From positions 12,677,066 to 12,741,065 of the forward strand of contig NC_069001.1 of assembly GCF_001194135.2 (NCBI RefSeq): a stretch of DNA of 64,000 nt, given 5' to 3'. Made by a program: the position numbers and the translations under genes. This DNA is from Octopus bimaculoides (lineage: Eukaryota). The notes beneath the pieces were generated by a model. That model did not search any database, was not told where the DNA came from, and saw nothing but the letters and a program-made list of their open reading frames with translations. Positions 11,847 through 25,704 of the stretch are shown piece by piece; position 1 is the first letter of the stretch, and every line of letters starts with the position of its first letter.

Positions 11847-12495
11847 CTACGTGTTTATGTGTGGGTATACCTGTGTATATGTGCTTGTGAACATGTACTG
11901 CGTGTGTCTGTTTGTGTGAGGAACTGCTGAGTATTAATCATTATGTTTTCACGCAATACAATTTACTACAATTCCTCAGTCCGGGCTACAGTTATATATT
12001 TCTCACCTATATTCTTGTTATGTTAAAGTGTATTATCCATTGATTTGAAATGCGAAATGAGGAAGATTACAGTATAATGTAAAAATTATCTCAAATAATT
12101 ACTAGAAACATTGGCAAGAAAAATGCATTAATGCTTTTACAGATTGGTTTTAAAACACCTTCTCTCTCTCTCTCTCCCTCTCTCTCTCTCTTTGTGTTTA
12201 TCTTTCTCTCTCTTTTCCCGCTACAAACACAAAAACACTTTATTAGTAAATGATGAATCAGTCGAGTACTAGTGTCGATCTAATCGACTATAACATATGG
12301 TATTAGAACAAACAATGCCATATATGACATTAGAACAATGCCATAATACAAACAAACTAAAAGATAATTTCATTCGTCTTGAACGTGCATGCATTTATGA
12401 TGAATACATAATCTGATGTTCGCGTATATCACGTTTCTATGCTACATACGTATATGGATATATATATAGATATACAGATACATAAACACATAAAC

Positions 12496-12499
<4 letters not shown>

Positions 12500-12569
<70 letters not shown>

Positions 12570-12570
12570 G
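12500..12570 (+). repeat. (GACA)n microsatellite
   Basis: Direct reading. Confidence 0.95.
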
Positions 12571-12983
12571 GAGTGAGAGAGAATGAGAAAGAGAGGTTGA
12601 AAGAAAGAGGGAGAGAGAGAGTGGGAGAAAGAGAGAGTGGGAGAGATAAACAGACAAATTGATAAGCTGTGTGAGTTTGGTTATACAAACATATTTACAT
12701 GAACGTGAATAAATACGTAAGATATGCATACAACATGCATAGAGATGTGCATTTGTCTATATATAAACGTATGTGAACGTGTGTGTCTTTATGTACATAT
12801 ATATACATGTGGCCTGATGGCGATTTTTTCCTCTTTCTTCCTGCTTCCAAAGTAGAGCTATGCTTGAAAACGTAAAACAATCACTCTTTCATTCTCTGAG
12901 CATCTTATTAATACATTGCATGTGGTACAACCTCGCGTTGTTGTCTTTTTCTTGTTCTCTTTTTTCTCTGTTTTAATATATAT

Positions 12984-13026
<43 letters not shown>

Positions 13027-13423
13027 CGTATATATATATTTGTAGTTCTGCATTTCTCATTGTTCTGTATGTGTATGTGCGTATTTGCTAGTGTATGTGT
13101 GTGAGAGGGTTATTTTTTTCTCGAAGAAAATACTGCCCCCTTTGCTCTTTGGGTGTGCAAATGTTTGCATGCATACATGGAAACTTATACGTAATTATGT
13201 AACCATCGAGGTGTGTATTCACATATGTATGTCCATATGTGTCAGTATATGTATAAATATGTACGAATATAAATACATGTGTATATATAAATTCGCTCTC
13301 CTGAAGGCCCGGCAACAATATCAAAAGACACTTTAATGCGATATAACCGGTCCCTTTCATAGTTGCTCAATGAGTTCTGCTTGTTTCTAACGACAATTTT
13401 ACACACACACACACACACACACA

Positions 13424-13465
<42 letters not shown>

Positions 13466-13681
13466 TATTTTGTTGTTATTATATTTAGATACTAAAGAAA
13501 AAGATATTATTTAGTTTAAGTGACTTTTAATAATGTGTTTTATTAATATCATACTGTAAATATATCTTTTCGACTGACCTGATTCGATTAGTTCTAGTTA
13601 CAGATTTTTTTTTTCTATAAACTCTGCCGTCTTTGGAAACTTTATCGATTTTTGATCCTATCATGATTATTTAATACATAC

Positions 13682-13742
13682 CATGGAACATTGTAATTAT
13701 TACAAACAGATGTATTGGTAGATAAATAATATAAATAGTCAT
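13682..13742 (-). CDS. First coding exon (signal peptide) of a Ly6/uPAR three-finger-like secreted protein: MTIYIIYLPIHLFVIITMFH + 1 nt
   Basis: ATG at 13742-13740, 20 mostly hydrophobic codons, then G|GTATGT donor in phase 1. This matches the phase-1 acceptor at 9136, giving ...TMFH-V-SGIRCFVC, a plausible cleavage site (VSG/IRC). Confidence 0.65.
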
Positions 13743-15386
13743 GAATAAGTAGTAAATTGTTTAGTATACTTATTCATTTCATTATTTATGTATTTAGCTA
13801 CTTTCTCTGGTTAATTTCATTGCTGTACACTGTAGAGTATATTAGATAATGTAATGATATGTTTTATTAAAAGACAAACTGTGCTGTATATTTAATATAA
13901 CAAAATCGAATGTCATTTCAATAACAAGTATTTCGTCAATATATATCGTTCTGAATGTATGCGCATTTCTGTCTTTTTTTTGTTTTTTAGTGTATGTGTG
14001 GGTCCGTGTGTGTGTGGCTGTATGTGTTTGTGAGTGTGCTTTTATATGTTTATTGTGTCTTGAGCGCAAAATAACTTCGATGAATCGAAAATTTCTCTTC
14101 TGTCGAATTTAATTTATATTTATTGGTATATTCTGTAACTTAAATTAAATTTCCCTGGCGACACTTGGTAACTTTCTCTGAGCTTGTCGCGTATGCAAAC
14201 GTTGATACAGGTATATTCATGTGTCAATCTATCTATCTCTATATATATATATATATATATATATNNNNNNNNNNNNNNNNNNNNNNNNNNNNNNNNNNNN
14301 NNNNNNNNNNNNNNNNNNNNNNNNNNNNNNNNNNNNNNNNNNNNNNNNNNNNNNNNNNNNNNNNATAGGTATGTGTGTGTGTATTGTATATATTTTATTA
14401 GTTTGCCTGTACTCGCTTGCCAAACGTGATGGCACTTTAATAATACCGACCCTTCTTATATTTATATATATATATAAACATATATCTATATGTTAAAGTA
14501 TATTGTATATATAGATATATATCTATCTACCTATTTATCTATCGATTTCTCTCTCTCTCCCTGTATATATGTATGCATGTGTCTATGTATGCATGCAATT
14601 TTATATGGTAAAAGTCTGCTCCTTGCAGAGCTTGAAATCCTCTTCTACTTATAATTGTTCTTTCTTAGCGTAAGATATTAAACTGACTTTTGAGCGTTTG
14701 AAAGGTGTTTGAAAAGCCGATCCCATATACTGCAGCAATATGTCATTTCAGTATTGGATCCTTTTTCCGCTGATTATATATGTTCTAGTCCTGCTTCAAT
14801 TTTCTACGCGATTGGAGGTTTTTTGACAGACTGGTCATCCGGAATAAAATTTGAATAGTTCATGTATACCTTACATACATGCGTACGCTGGTATAATGCC
14901 AGAGGAACGTGTGATATATCTACATTTGCAATAGGAACATTTAAACAAGGAAAGAGAACTTTGCATAGCCATTGATATTAATCTCGCTTTTACGTAATTT
15001 TCTTTTCAATTCCGTGTGCTTGATTCTGTCAAGTTCAAAATTGTAGCTCAGCGCGGTGGCGCCGAATCGTAGCTCTTTGCGGTTATGTATCTCCAGCAAG
15101 TGATTCAGGTGTTTTGTCGCATAAAATAATGTATGTATGTGTCTGCTTGCGTGCGTCTATGTGTGTGTGTGTGTGTAAATACATTATACGTGTATTGCTT
15201 GTTATTTTTAATTATTTAAATCCTTTCTCCGAAAAATTCCGCTGGTGTTTCACAAAGAAACAAAACTCGTCCGAAAGTAGGTAACAAAAGCTATGTCGCA
15301 TTTTCAAATTTAAGAAAAGTTATGCATATTTTAATTTTTACATATATGCACATATGTATGTATGCATGTATATTTTGTGTGTGTAC

Positions 15387-15555
15387 GTATTTCGTCTGCT
15401 GTTACGTTCTGATTTCAAATTCCGCCGAGGTCGACTTTGCCTTTCACCCTTTAACCGTCGAATAAATAAGTACCAGTTACGCATTGGGGTCGATGTAATC
15501 GACTTATTCCCTTTGTCTGTCCTTGTTTGTCTCCTCAATGTTTAACCCACTGTGG

Positions 15556-15560
<5 letters not shown>
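15387..15560 (+). mobile_element. 5'-truncated copy of the 10716 SINE family
   Basis: GTTACGTTCTGATTTCAAATTCCGCCGAGGTCGACTTTGCCTTTCA...GGGGTCGATGTAATCGACTT. Confidence 0.75.
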
Positions 15561-15600
<40 letters not shown>

Positions 15601-15796
15601 TTAATTGTCATTAAACGTGACTAGGGTGCTAAATACACCTAGACTGCTAAAAATAATAGCGAACATCCTCTAATGCTGTAGTTAACGTACGTTTTAGCTC
15701 TTATTTCTAGCAATGTAGGTGTTTTTTTTAACAACCTGCTCACATTTAGTGACAATCATTATTCTCCTTTCTCGTGATACATTACAACCTGCTGTT

Positions 15797-15847
<51 letters not shown>

Positions 15848-16163
15848 TATATATATATTAATATATATATTAATTTCCAGTACCGCTGCCGTAGTCTCCT
15901 TTAGAGAGACTTAGAAATATTAATAACTCTATTATATATATATATATATATAACATATATTATATATATATTTATTTATTCAGAAACGATTTAGTTGTTA
16001 CTTTAACATTTGTTCGTAGTTCTAAACCAACAGAGAACATACGTACATAAAAAAGCCAGTTTTCTTGTTGAAGTGTCACACAACTGTTTCGTATCTTCGA
16101 AAAACTTGTAACAGTTCACCCCCAAACACTTGCACCAATTCTCAACTCTAATGCTCTTTCTCT

Positions 16164-16201
<38 letters not shown>

Positions 16202-17042
16202 CTACTTTCTCCCTCTTTAGATCTATGCCACTCTCTCTCTCTCTCTCTCTTTATATATCTATTTTCCTTTCATTTCCCTGCGTCTTTCTGTTTTTCTTTC
16301 TTTTTTTATTTCATATCAAATAGACGACATCGATACTAACTGGATTATTCAATCAAATTGTGTTCTTTATTTCTGTTTTTTTTTTTCCATAAAATCATGT
16401 TAGTATTATCACACTAAAAAAATACATATATCGATCATTCAACTTCTTGCTGATCGATAATTCATAAATGTGTGTGAACTGTTGGAGTTTTATTGAATTT
16501 TTAACTGACACGATAATAAAGAAATAAATAAATCTGAAGAAAACTTTTTACGAACTCTTTGTATGTGTATGTGTGAGTGCGAGCTCGTTTGTGTATGTGT
16601 TTGTGTGTGTATAGGTATATGTGTTTTCTATGTATGCGTATATGTCTTTTCTGTGTATGTGTTTGGATTTTTTATATTTTTTACTATTGCAAGTTTTTTC
16701 TTTCAAAAGTATTTAAAGAATCATTAAACTGCTTTCCATTTGCAATGACTGCACTCTCCCCTTCTTTATCCCGACATATTTTACACACTTTCTTTCTTTC
16801 TTGCTTTCATTCATACTCTCTGTCTCTCTCTCTCTCTTTCTCTCTCACGCACACACAGATTCACTCTCCCTCAATATAGACATACGTGTGTATACATACC
16901 AGGCTACATAATCACGGACGCTCACACACACATATACATGCACACATACATATACATACATGTATATATAATAAACATATATATATATATATATATAAAT
17001 ATATAGATATATACATACATATACATACAGATGTATACATGC

Positions 17043-17096
<54 letters not shown>

Positions 17097-17991
17097 NNNN
17101 NNNNNNNNNNNNNNNNNNNNNNNNNNNNNNNNNNNNNNNNNNNNNNNNNNNNNNNNNNNNNNNNNNNNNNNNNNNNNNNNNNNNNNNNNNNNNNNNNNNN
17201 NNNNNNNNNNNNNNNNNNNNNNNNNNNNNNNNNNNNNNNNNNNNNNNNNNNNNNNNNNNNNNNNNNNNNNNNNNNNNNNNNNNNNNNNNNNNNNNNNNNN
17301 NNNNNNNNNNNNNNNNNNNNNNNNNNNNNNNNNNNNNNNNNNNNNNNNNNNNNNNNNNNNNNNNNNNNNNNNNNNNNNNNNNNNNNNNNNNNNNNNNNNN
17401 NNNNNNNNNNNNNNNNNNNNNNNNNNNNNNNNNNNNNNNNNNNNNNNNNNNNNNNNNNNNNNNNNNNNNNNNNNNNNNNNNNNNNNNNNNNNNNNNNNNN
17501 NNNNNNNNNNNNNNNNNNNNNNNNNNNNNNNNNNNNNNNNNNNNNNNNNNNNNNNNNNNNNNNNNNNNNNNNNNNNNNNNNNNNNNNNNNNNNNNNNNNN
17601 NNNNNNNNNNNNNNNNNNNNNNNNNNNNNNNNNNNNNNNNNNNNNNNNNNNNNNNNNNNNNNNNNNNNNNNNNNNNNNNNNNNNNNNNNNNNNNNNNNNN
17701 NNNNNNNNNNNNNNNNNNNNNNNNNNNNNNNNNNNNNNNNNNNNNNNNNNNNNNNNNNNNNNNNNNNNNNNNNNNNNNNNNNNNNNNNNNNNNNNNNNNN
17801 NNNNNNNNNNNNNNNNNNNNNNNNNNNNNNNNNNNNNNNNNNNNNNNNNNNNNNNNNNNNNNNNNNNNNNNNNNNNNNNNNNNNNNNNNNNNNNNNNNNN
17901 NNNNNNNNNNNNNNNNNNNNNNNNNNNNNNNNNNNNNNNNNNNNNNNNNNNNNNNNNNNNNNNNNNNNNNNNNNNNNNNNNNNNNNNNNNN

Positions 17992-18024
<33 letters not shown>

Positions 18025-18479
18025 CTGTATGTGTGTGTGTAGGTGTGTGTGTGCGTTTGTGTTTGTTTTATACACCTAAGTATATTCAAATATAACCTGA
18101 AATGAGGCTTTATAATGTGAATATCAGTTACTGAGTCACTGTGGTATGGTTCCACCTGTTAAATTAGGTGTGGGTAATTTGGTGTGAACGGCACTATATT
18201 TATATTGCACATACTCCCACATTTTAAAGAGTTGCTCTTCTGCTTTGCTAATTGATACCCCGACGTAGATATCAGCTAGCATGAAGTGGCACCGAATAAC
18301 GAAATAGACCCATTAAAGTTGTTTAATATTCTCAGCCCAAATAACTGGAAAATTACATAAATGAGCGTTGAGAAAGACATGACCAAAGTGCGCCTGAGTA
18401 TAGTTAACAACATCGAGCATTAATTATATAGCGTGGAGATATGATAACGGCATTTAATTTACGCCCAAGGATAGTCATT

Positions 18480-18610
18480 TTAATGGGAAGGGTTATGCGA
18501 TACCATTGATCCCAGCACTTAACACGTATTTTATGTGCACAAATTTGAAGGGATGAAAGGCAAAGTTGACTGCGGCAAGATTTGAAGAATTGCTGCAAAA
18601 CATTTTTACA
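18480..18610 (-). mobile_element. Degenerate reverse copy of the 10716 SINE family
   Basis: GGGATGAAAGGCAAAGTTGACTGCGGCAAGATTTGAA is the reverse complement of the family core. Confidence 0.55.
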
Positions 18611-18730
18611 CCGATTCTTTAACAATTCTACCAGCTTACTGAGAATAAAATTGATTTCTGATTTAAAAAATAGGCCAGCATTTTAAAAAGAGAACGGGTA
18701 GCCGATACCATCCACAGAAATATTTAGACT

Positions 18731-18982
18731 AGTAACTGCGTCCTTTTAAAGCCTAGCCAGGCTCATATGCCCGGTTTCCCGGTTTCAATGGCGTATGTGT
18801 TCCCCAGATGCACGGGGCGCCAGTCTATCGCAGCGAAACTCGTTTTTGCCAGCTGAGTGTACTGGAGCAACGTGAAATGAAGTGTTTTGCTCAAGAACAC
18901 AACGCGTCGCCCGGCCAAGGAATCGAAACCACAATCCTACTATCAATATGCTGACACTTTAACCACTAAGCCACGCGCCTCT
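18731..18982 (-). mobile_element. CORE-type tRNA SINE with 11-bp target-site duplication
   Basis: A/B boxes on the minus strand. ATATTTAGACT flanks both sides (18720-18730 and 18983-18993). Confidence 0.85.
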
Positions 18983-19924
18983 ATATTTAGACTCGTACTC
19001 GTAACTTATTCACCCAGAAGTATTGAAAGAAAGTTAAAGCCGGTGGAATTTTAAGTGAGAAGGTAAGTAGCCCGGTGAGATAACGCAAAGCAATTTTTCC
19101 AATGCTCAAATGGATTTGCCATCAAGAAAATAAATAAGAAGAGTTAATGACTTTAAAATATGTATACGTTTGTTTTTTCTGCAACTATATCTGCCAATTG
19201 CAGTGGTGTGTTTGTGTGAGTTTTAGGTTGTTTTTGTTTCGTTTTGTTTTGATTCGTTTTGGTGTTATCAGCGAAGTGCATTCACTCTGCAGCTTGGTGA
19301 AGTATTAATATAGAACGAACGTGCTGTAAACATACCGAAATTGAATCTATGTTGGAATGGAAAAATAGAAAATTCTTGCAAAATTGAATAGTTTAGAAAC
19401 GCTACTGGAATGAAAGCTAATATGCCAGGTCAATGGATTTTAGCACGTTTAGTGCATGGCGAACAGTAACGCTTTAAAATAGAAATAGAAATATGGAGTG
19501 AACAAAACAATATTTCATACGAACCAAATCGATGTATCCTAAGACAGAAGCAGATCCTAAATGAGCCGATTGCGTGTTGTTGGATACAATGAATGAGCAA
19601 TCATAGCGAAACATGCTGCTTAACCATGATTAGTTCAGTCAGGAAAAACGTGAAATGGTCATCATAAAACTAATTTCGAAGTTAATTAGGTTATGTATTA
19701 TTCATAGATAAGTAAAAGATTCCACAGGCTCAGACATAGCCGATCGGATGAGTTGCTCGCTTTGGAATCACGTATTCACGAGTTCGATTCCCATTGCATA
19801 GCATTTTATAGAATGTTTCCAAATACAAACGTTGGATTGATTCGAGTTTTACGGACGAAACTGAGACCATGTATGGAATATGTCACATGAAATATGCCAG
19901 CTACTTAAATGATTGGTGTTTATA

Positions 19925-20135
19925 AAGACTAAGTGGCTAGGATATTTGGCTCACGATTGTAAGGGCGTGTGTTCAACTCACGGAGAAGCGTTGTATCCTT
20001 CAGCAAGCCATTTTACTTCACGTTGCTCTCGTCCACTCAGCCGGGCCAAAGTGAGTAGTAAATGTATTTCAACGTGCCATCCTTGTCATATTATGTGTCA
20101 TGCTGAATATCCCTGGCATATGTTAAGTATACGCG
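19925..20135 (+). mobile_element. Degenerate CORE-type SINE
   Basis: GTTGTATCCTTCAGCAAGCCATTTTACTTCACGTTGCTCTCGTCCACTCAGC body; tail ATGCTGAATATCCC as in 63617-64000. Confidence 0.6.
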
Positions 20136-20329
20136 AGTATCTATTTACTTCGTCTTTTAATTAATATATACATTTATATATATATGTGTGCATGTATGTA
20201 TGTATGTATGTACGTATATATTATATTATATTATATACTACCAATCCTCAAACGATATCTACACCATTCCTTAGATATTTAAAAAACGTATACAGCTCAA
20301 GTCCCTTTTCGTCAAACATCAATCTTTAT

Positions 20330-20467
20330 AATGGTTTCAAATTTTGGCACTTATTTTATCATCACCGAAAGGACGAAAGGCAAAGTTAACCTCGGTGAAA
20401 CTTGAACTCAGAACGTAAAGACGGCCAAAATATCGCTAGGCATTTTGCCCAGCGTGATGACGATTCA
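20330..20467 (-). mobile_element. Reverse copy of the 10716 SINE family
   Basis: GAAAGGCAAAGTTAACCTCGGTGAAACTTGAACTCAGAACGTAA is the reverse complement of the family core. Confidence 0.65.
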
Positions 20468-21349
20468 GACTTATGGACATTTGATAATCAAATATCTTTG
20501 ATTCGGGTTCGATTCCAAACTACATTCAACTGACATTGGTTCTCTCGTAGAATTTCCTTGATTTTTAAGTTATGTAAATAAAAACCTTGCATCGAAATTG
20601 CATAATAATTTGTTCTCTAAATACCAGGCAGATTACGGTGTGGCTTTATGACTACACTAAAGAAACAACTTTTCTATGAGACATTGCGTTTTAATAATGA
20701 AATATTTACGCAGGGGGGAGGGCGGTGTTTGATATACGTCTGCATGAAACCGATCCCAGATTTATAATGGAAATTCCCTATGTAATAAAATCATTCTATA
20801 TTAATTTACGTTCCGTACGGCATCTTGCTCACCAGCTTTATGACTGCAATAAAGAAAAGCTCGAAATTCGTGGCTGCTTCAGGAGCATGGTGGAAATTAG
20901 ATTATTCACTAAACGATTTAATGTCTTCAATCTGCACAGCTTCATTTACCACCAGGCGCCATATTTATTAGGGAGAAACCAGACCAAACAATTGCAGCCC
21001 GATCATATTTTGAAGACCACGTGGAGAGGGAACCGTTGAAGTGTCAGTACATGTATAATGTCATTATTGTAGTAGAAATAATCAGATTCATTCATTCATA
21101 TTGTAAGGACATACCCGCAGAAAATCATTCAATAACCTCCCTTATCTCTAAATCTCAGTAAGCAGATATCCAATCAAAACAGCTGGCTTCATCTCAAATG
21201 TCTTCTAGCACTAAAGGTCAACATATCAAGCGCTATTATATTTAAGCGCTAGTTCTAAAACAAAAGCAATCACAAATGAGATTCTATTATATTATACAGT
21301 AAGATCAGCGAGTTCCTATATCATTCTTGCGCGAATGCAATCCGGATGT

Positions 21350-21620
21350 GTTTCACATTACGCCCCATAAATATGTGATCGCCATTGTTTTGATACGTTC
21401 ACAATTTCAAGATTGTCTCGCAATAACATCAAGGTAATTGAGTGGCCTTCCTTTAATACTCGTGTTCCGAAGCTACCCAAATAGAACATCCGTTACAGCG
21501 TGGGTTTCGGTATATTAACAGTGGTCGACAAAATTTATTCTGCTGGCAGCAACAGTATGACAGGTAGATTGAATTCGTGCGTACATATCTCCAAGGAAAT
21601 CTCGAAGCTCATAAAAGAAA
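21350..21620 (+). mobile_element. Possible highly decayed Tc1-like transposase C-terminal fragment
   Basis: LSRNNIKVIEWPS...GILTVVDKIYSAG resembles Tc1 NI.VLEWP..SPDLNPIENLWGIL...VY.NG. The SPDLN motif is lost and a stop is present. Confidence 0.35.
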
Positions 21621-22078
21621 TTAACTGAAACTCCTATGTAAAGCAATCAATAAATTGAACAGTCATCAAAATAACAACAACGATGATACTGATAATAATA
21701 CTAATAATAATAACAATAAGAATAATACTAATAATAATAATATAAACTCAACGAGTGCTTGATTAATTGATGGAAAATAGAATATATGTCATTCATTACC
21801 ATCTCGCGAAAGTCTTTCTCCCCGCCCTCTGTCTCTCATGTGTATATATATATATACGTACAAATGTGAATATATATATATATATATGAATACATATACA
21901 TACATATATGAATACATATACATATATATATATATATATATATGAATACATATACATACATATATATATATGAATACATATACATACATATATATATATG
22001 AATACATATACATATGTATATATATACATATATATATGACGTATGCGTATACATCTACAACATATATGTATATATATT

Positions 22079-22113
<35 letters not shown>

Positions 22114-22499
22114 GTATATGTACATATATATGTGTACATATATATATGTATGTATGCATATATATATTATAAAACTCTACCTGTCTCGGAATCTCGTTTC
22201 CCATATCTCTCAATAAATGTCTACATATCCTCATCTCCATCCTTTCTCTCTCTCACCCTCACTCTCTCTCTCTCTCTCTCTCCACCTTTATGCCTCCCTC
22301 TCACCCTTCCTCTATCGCTTATATATATCTCTCTATCTCATCACCCCCTCTACCTTCCTCCTCCAACTTCATTCCTTACCAACAGTAATTCATACGTCAA
22401 ACACACACATACACACAAAGAGAAGAAAAAAAAACATCATTATCTAAGCGACTGGACAAGTCATTAAGTTAATCTTAATTAAAGAATAAAACTAGTAAG

Positions 22500-22821
22500 A
22501 ACATATTCACTGTCTGCTGCTGCTGTTGTTGTTGTTTCGATAGTATTTCTCTCGATATTCTGATGGTTATTGATGTTATTGTTATTGTTGTAGATATTGC
22601 TGTTACTGCTGTTGTATCCGGTTATAATTGTTGTTATAGCTGTTCTTATTAATTTTGTAATTGTTATCGCTATTGTTTTTGTAGTTTTTTTTGTTGTTGT
22701 TGTTGCTGTTACTGTTATTACACATTCTGTTATTGCTACAACAGCAGCAGCAGCAATGACAGCAGTTACAGAAGTAGTAGCGTTATTATTATTTTTTTTT
22801 GTTGTTGCTGTTGTTTTTATT

Positions 22822-22873
<52 letters not shown>

Positions 22874-22900
22874 TTTGTTGTTTTTATTATTTTTTTGTTG

Positions 22901-22936
<36 letters not shown>

Positions 22937-23180
22937 GTTATTATTATTATTATTATTATTATTTTGTTGTTTTTATTATTATTATTATTATTATTATCAT
23001 TAGTAGTAGTAGTAGTCATTGATGCTGTGCGGTGATGAAGTTTATGGTGGCGGAACTAGTGGCTAGTGATGGTGTTGGTGGCGGTGTTGCTGGTGGCCGT
23101 GGTAGCGGTGGTGGTGGTAGAGGGGGATGCGGGTGGGGTCGTGATGGTGGGTAGGTTTGTGAAGGAGGTGGTAGTTAATG
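22500..23180. repeat. Compound trinucleotide low-complexity tract (GTT, GCA, TTA/ATT, GTA, GGT)
   Basis: Direct reading; source of the poly-Y/I/N ORFs in the track. Confidence 0.9.
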
Positions 23181-23289
23181 GTTTTAAATGTCAAGTGAAA
23201 TCATTTGAAAGGAAATTCATGATTGAAGCTCAGTTTATCTAATATATATACACGATATTATGTCTGCGTGTGATACACACACACACGCA

Positions 23290-23645
<356 letters not shown>

Positions 23646-24250
23646 AAGTAAATGTGTGTGTTTTTGTACCTGCAAGATTATTGTAGTTTATATTTAGCGA
23701 CATTTTCTGTGTATGGAAATCTTACTAAATAATATTCAAAATACACATGCACACGCACAAACACCCACACACTCACATAATATATATATATATATTAACA
23801 TAACAAATGCATATATATATATGTATACATACATATATATATATATATATATATGTGTGTATATATATATGTATGTATGTATATATAGTGTAGTAATGAT
23901 GTAGTAGCTGACAATACACTTCGTCTACGAAGCCGACAATTACTCTCTTCTAATTATATGTTTCTACGCAAAAATACTGATTAACAACCATTCCGAACAA
24001 TTTAATGTGTCTAGTTGATGATAAAGATTACAACGTACACACCCATGCTCACACATAACATACTCACAAACGCAGAAACGTATATACTCACATACACACG
24101 CACGTAGTCATACACTGCAAAATACAACTTACAAACGCACGTCTACACACGTTGACACAGCCACATACGGACGCATTATTAATACGCGCAAATACTTAAG
24201 TACACATTGCTTCTGCTATATATAGTGATTAAATCCTATATGTATATATT

Positions 24251-24298
<48 letters not shown>

Positions 24299-24607
24299 CA
24301 TATGTATACATATATATATATATATACATATGTATACATATATATATACATATGTATACATATATATATATACATATATATATATAGATATGTATATATA
24401 TATATAGATATGTATATATATATATAGATATGTATACATATATATATATATACATATGTATACATATATATATATATATACATATGTATACATATATATA
24501 TATACATATGTATGTATGCATACATGTATGTATTTGTGTATGTATGTATGTATTTGTGGTTAGTGTGAGCGGTGGATTTGTAAAATGATAATTCCTGTGA
24601 GTAAGGA

Positions 24608-24815
24608 ATTGTACAGAAGCCGTCATGTGGAGTATACCTGCGACTGAAACGGCGCTGCTTCTAATACACTGTGTCTAACTGATCGTAGCTTCAGGTATCT
24701 TTGGAGTACTCAGCCGGTTAAACGACAAATCAAGAGCAGGTAATTTAGCTGATCGAACAACTAAATCCCCATCGTCGAATGATGGTCTTCCTCGACCAGA
24801 CTTAATGATGTGTAA
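24608..24815 (+). mobile_element. Probable SINE-like interspersed repeat
   Basis: CpG-richer block AAGGAATTGT...GCCGTCATGTGGAGTATACC...GTTAAACGACAAATCAAGAGCAGGT in AT-rich surroundings. Recognised from memory as a recurrent octopus repeat; single copy here. Confidence 0.4.
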
Positions 24816-25652
24816 AAATTACTATCGCTAGCATTTCTTTTCCAAACGATTAAAGTTTTTTTTTTTTTTTCATTTCTGGTGTAGCTGATTTGGTGAAGAA
24901 TATTTTTTGCGTTCGAAAACATTTGCCATTGTTCTACAACAATTTTGATCTATGTTTTAACCAATTATAGTTTGGCCTCTGTATCTCTTCGTATAAATGC
25001 ACTTTTTAGTTTGATCTGCTGGCAAATGTTTGAAAAACATTTACAAACACACACACACACACACACTCACACACACACACACACTGAGTAATGTTTAGTG
25101 ATACCAACAATGTGAAATATTGCTNNNNNNNNNNNNNNNNNNNNNNNNNNNNNNNNNNNNNNNNNNNNNNNNNNNNNNNNNNNNNNNNNNNNNNNNNNNN
25201 NNNNNNNNNNNNNNNNNNNNNNNNNNNNNNNNNNNNNNNNNNNNNNNNNNNNNNNNNNNNNNNNNNNNNNNNNNNNNNNNNNNNNNNNNNNNNNNNNNNN
25301 NNNNNNNNNNNNNNNNNNNNNNNNNNNNNNNNNNNNNNNNNNNNNNNNNNNNNNNNNNNNNNNNNNNNNNNNNNNNNNNNNNNNNNNNNNNNNNNNNNNN
25401 NNNNNNNNNNNNNNNNNNNNNNNNNNNNNNNNNNNNNNNNNNNNNNNNNNNNNNNNNNNNNNNNNNNNNNNNNNNNNNNNNNNNNNNNNNNNNNNNNNNN
25501 NNNNNNNNNNNNNNNNNNNNNNNNNNNNNNNNNNNNNNNNNNNNNNNNNNNNNNNNNNNNNNNNNNNNNNNNNNNNNNNNNNNNNNNNNNNNNNNNNNNN
25601 NNNNNNNNNNNNNNNNNNNNNNNNNNNNNNNNNNNNNNNNNNNNNNNNNNNN

Positions 25653-25685
<33 letters not shown>

Positions 25686-25704
25686 TCGTTGACCAAACAA
25701 CATT

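Noticed and set aside
20725-21039. 104-aa ORF; minus strand IVWSGFS resembling a Tc1 motif
   Set aside because: The match is too short and lies in the opposite orientation to the fragment at 21350.
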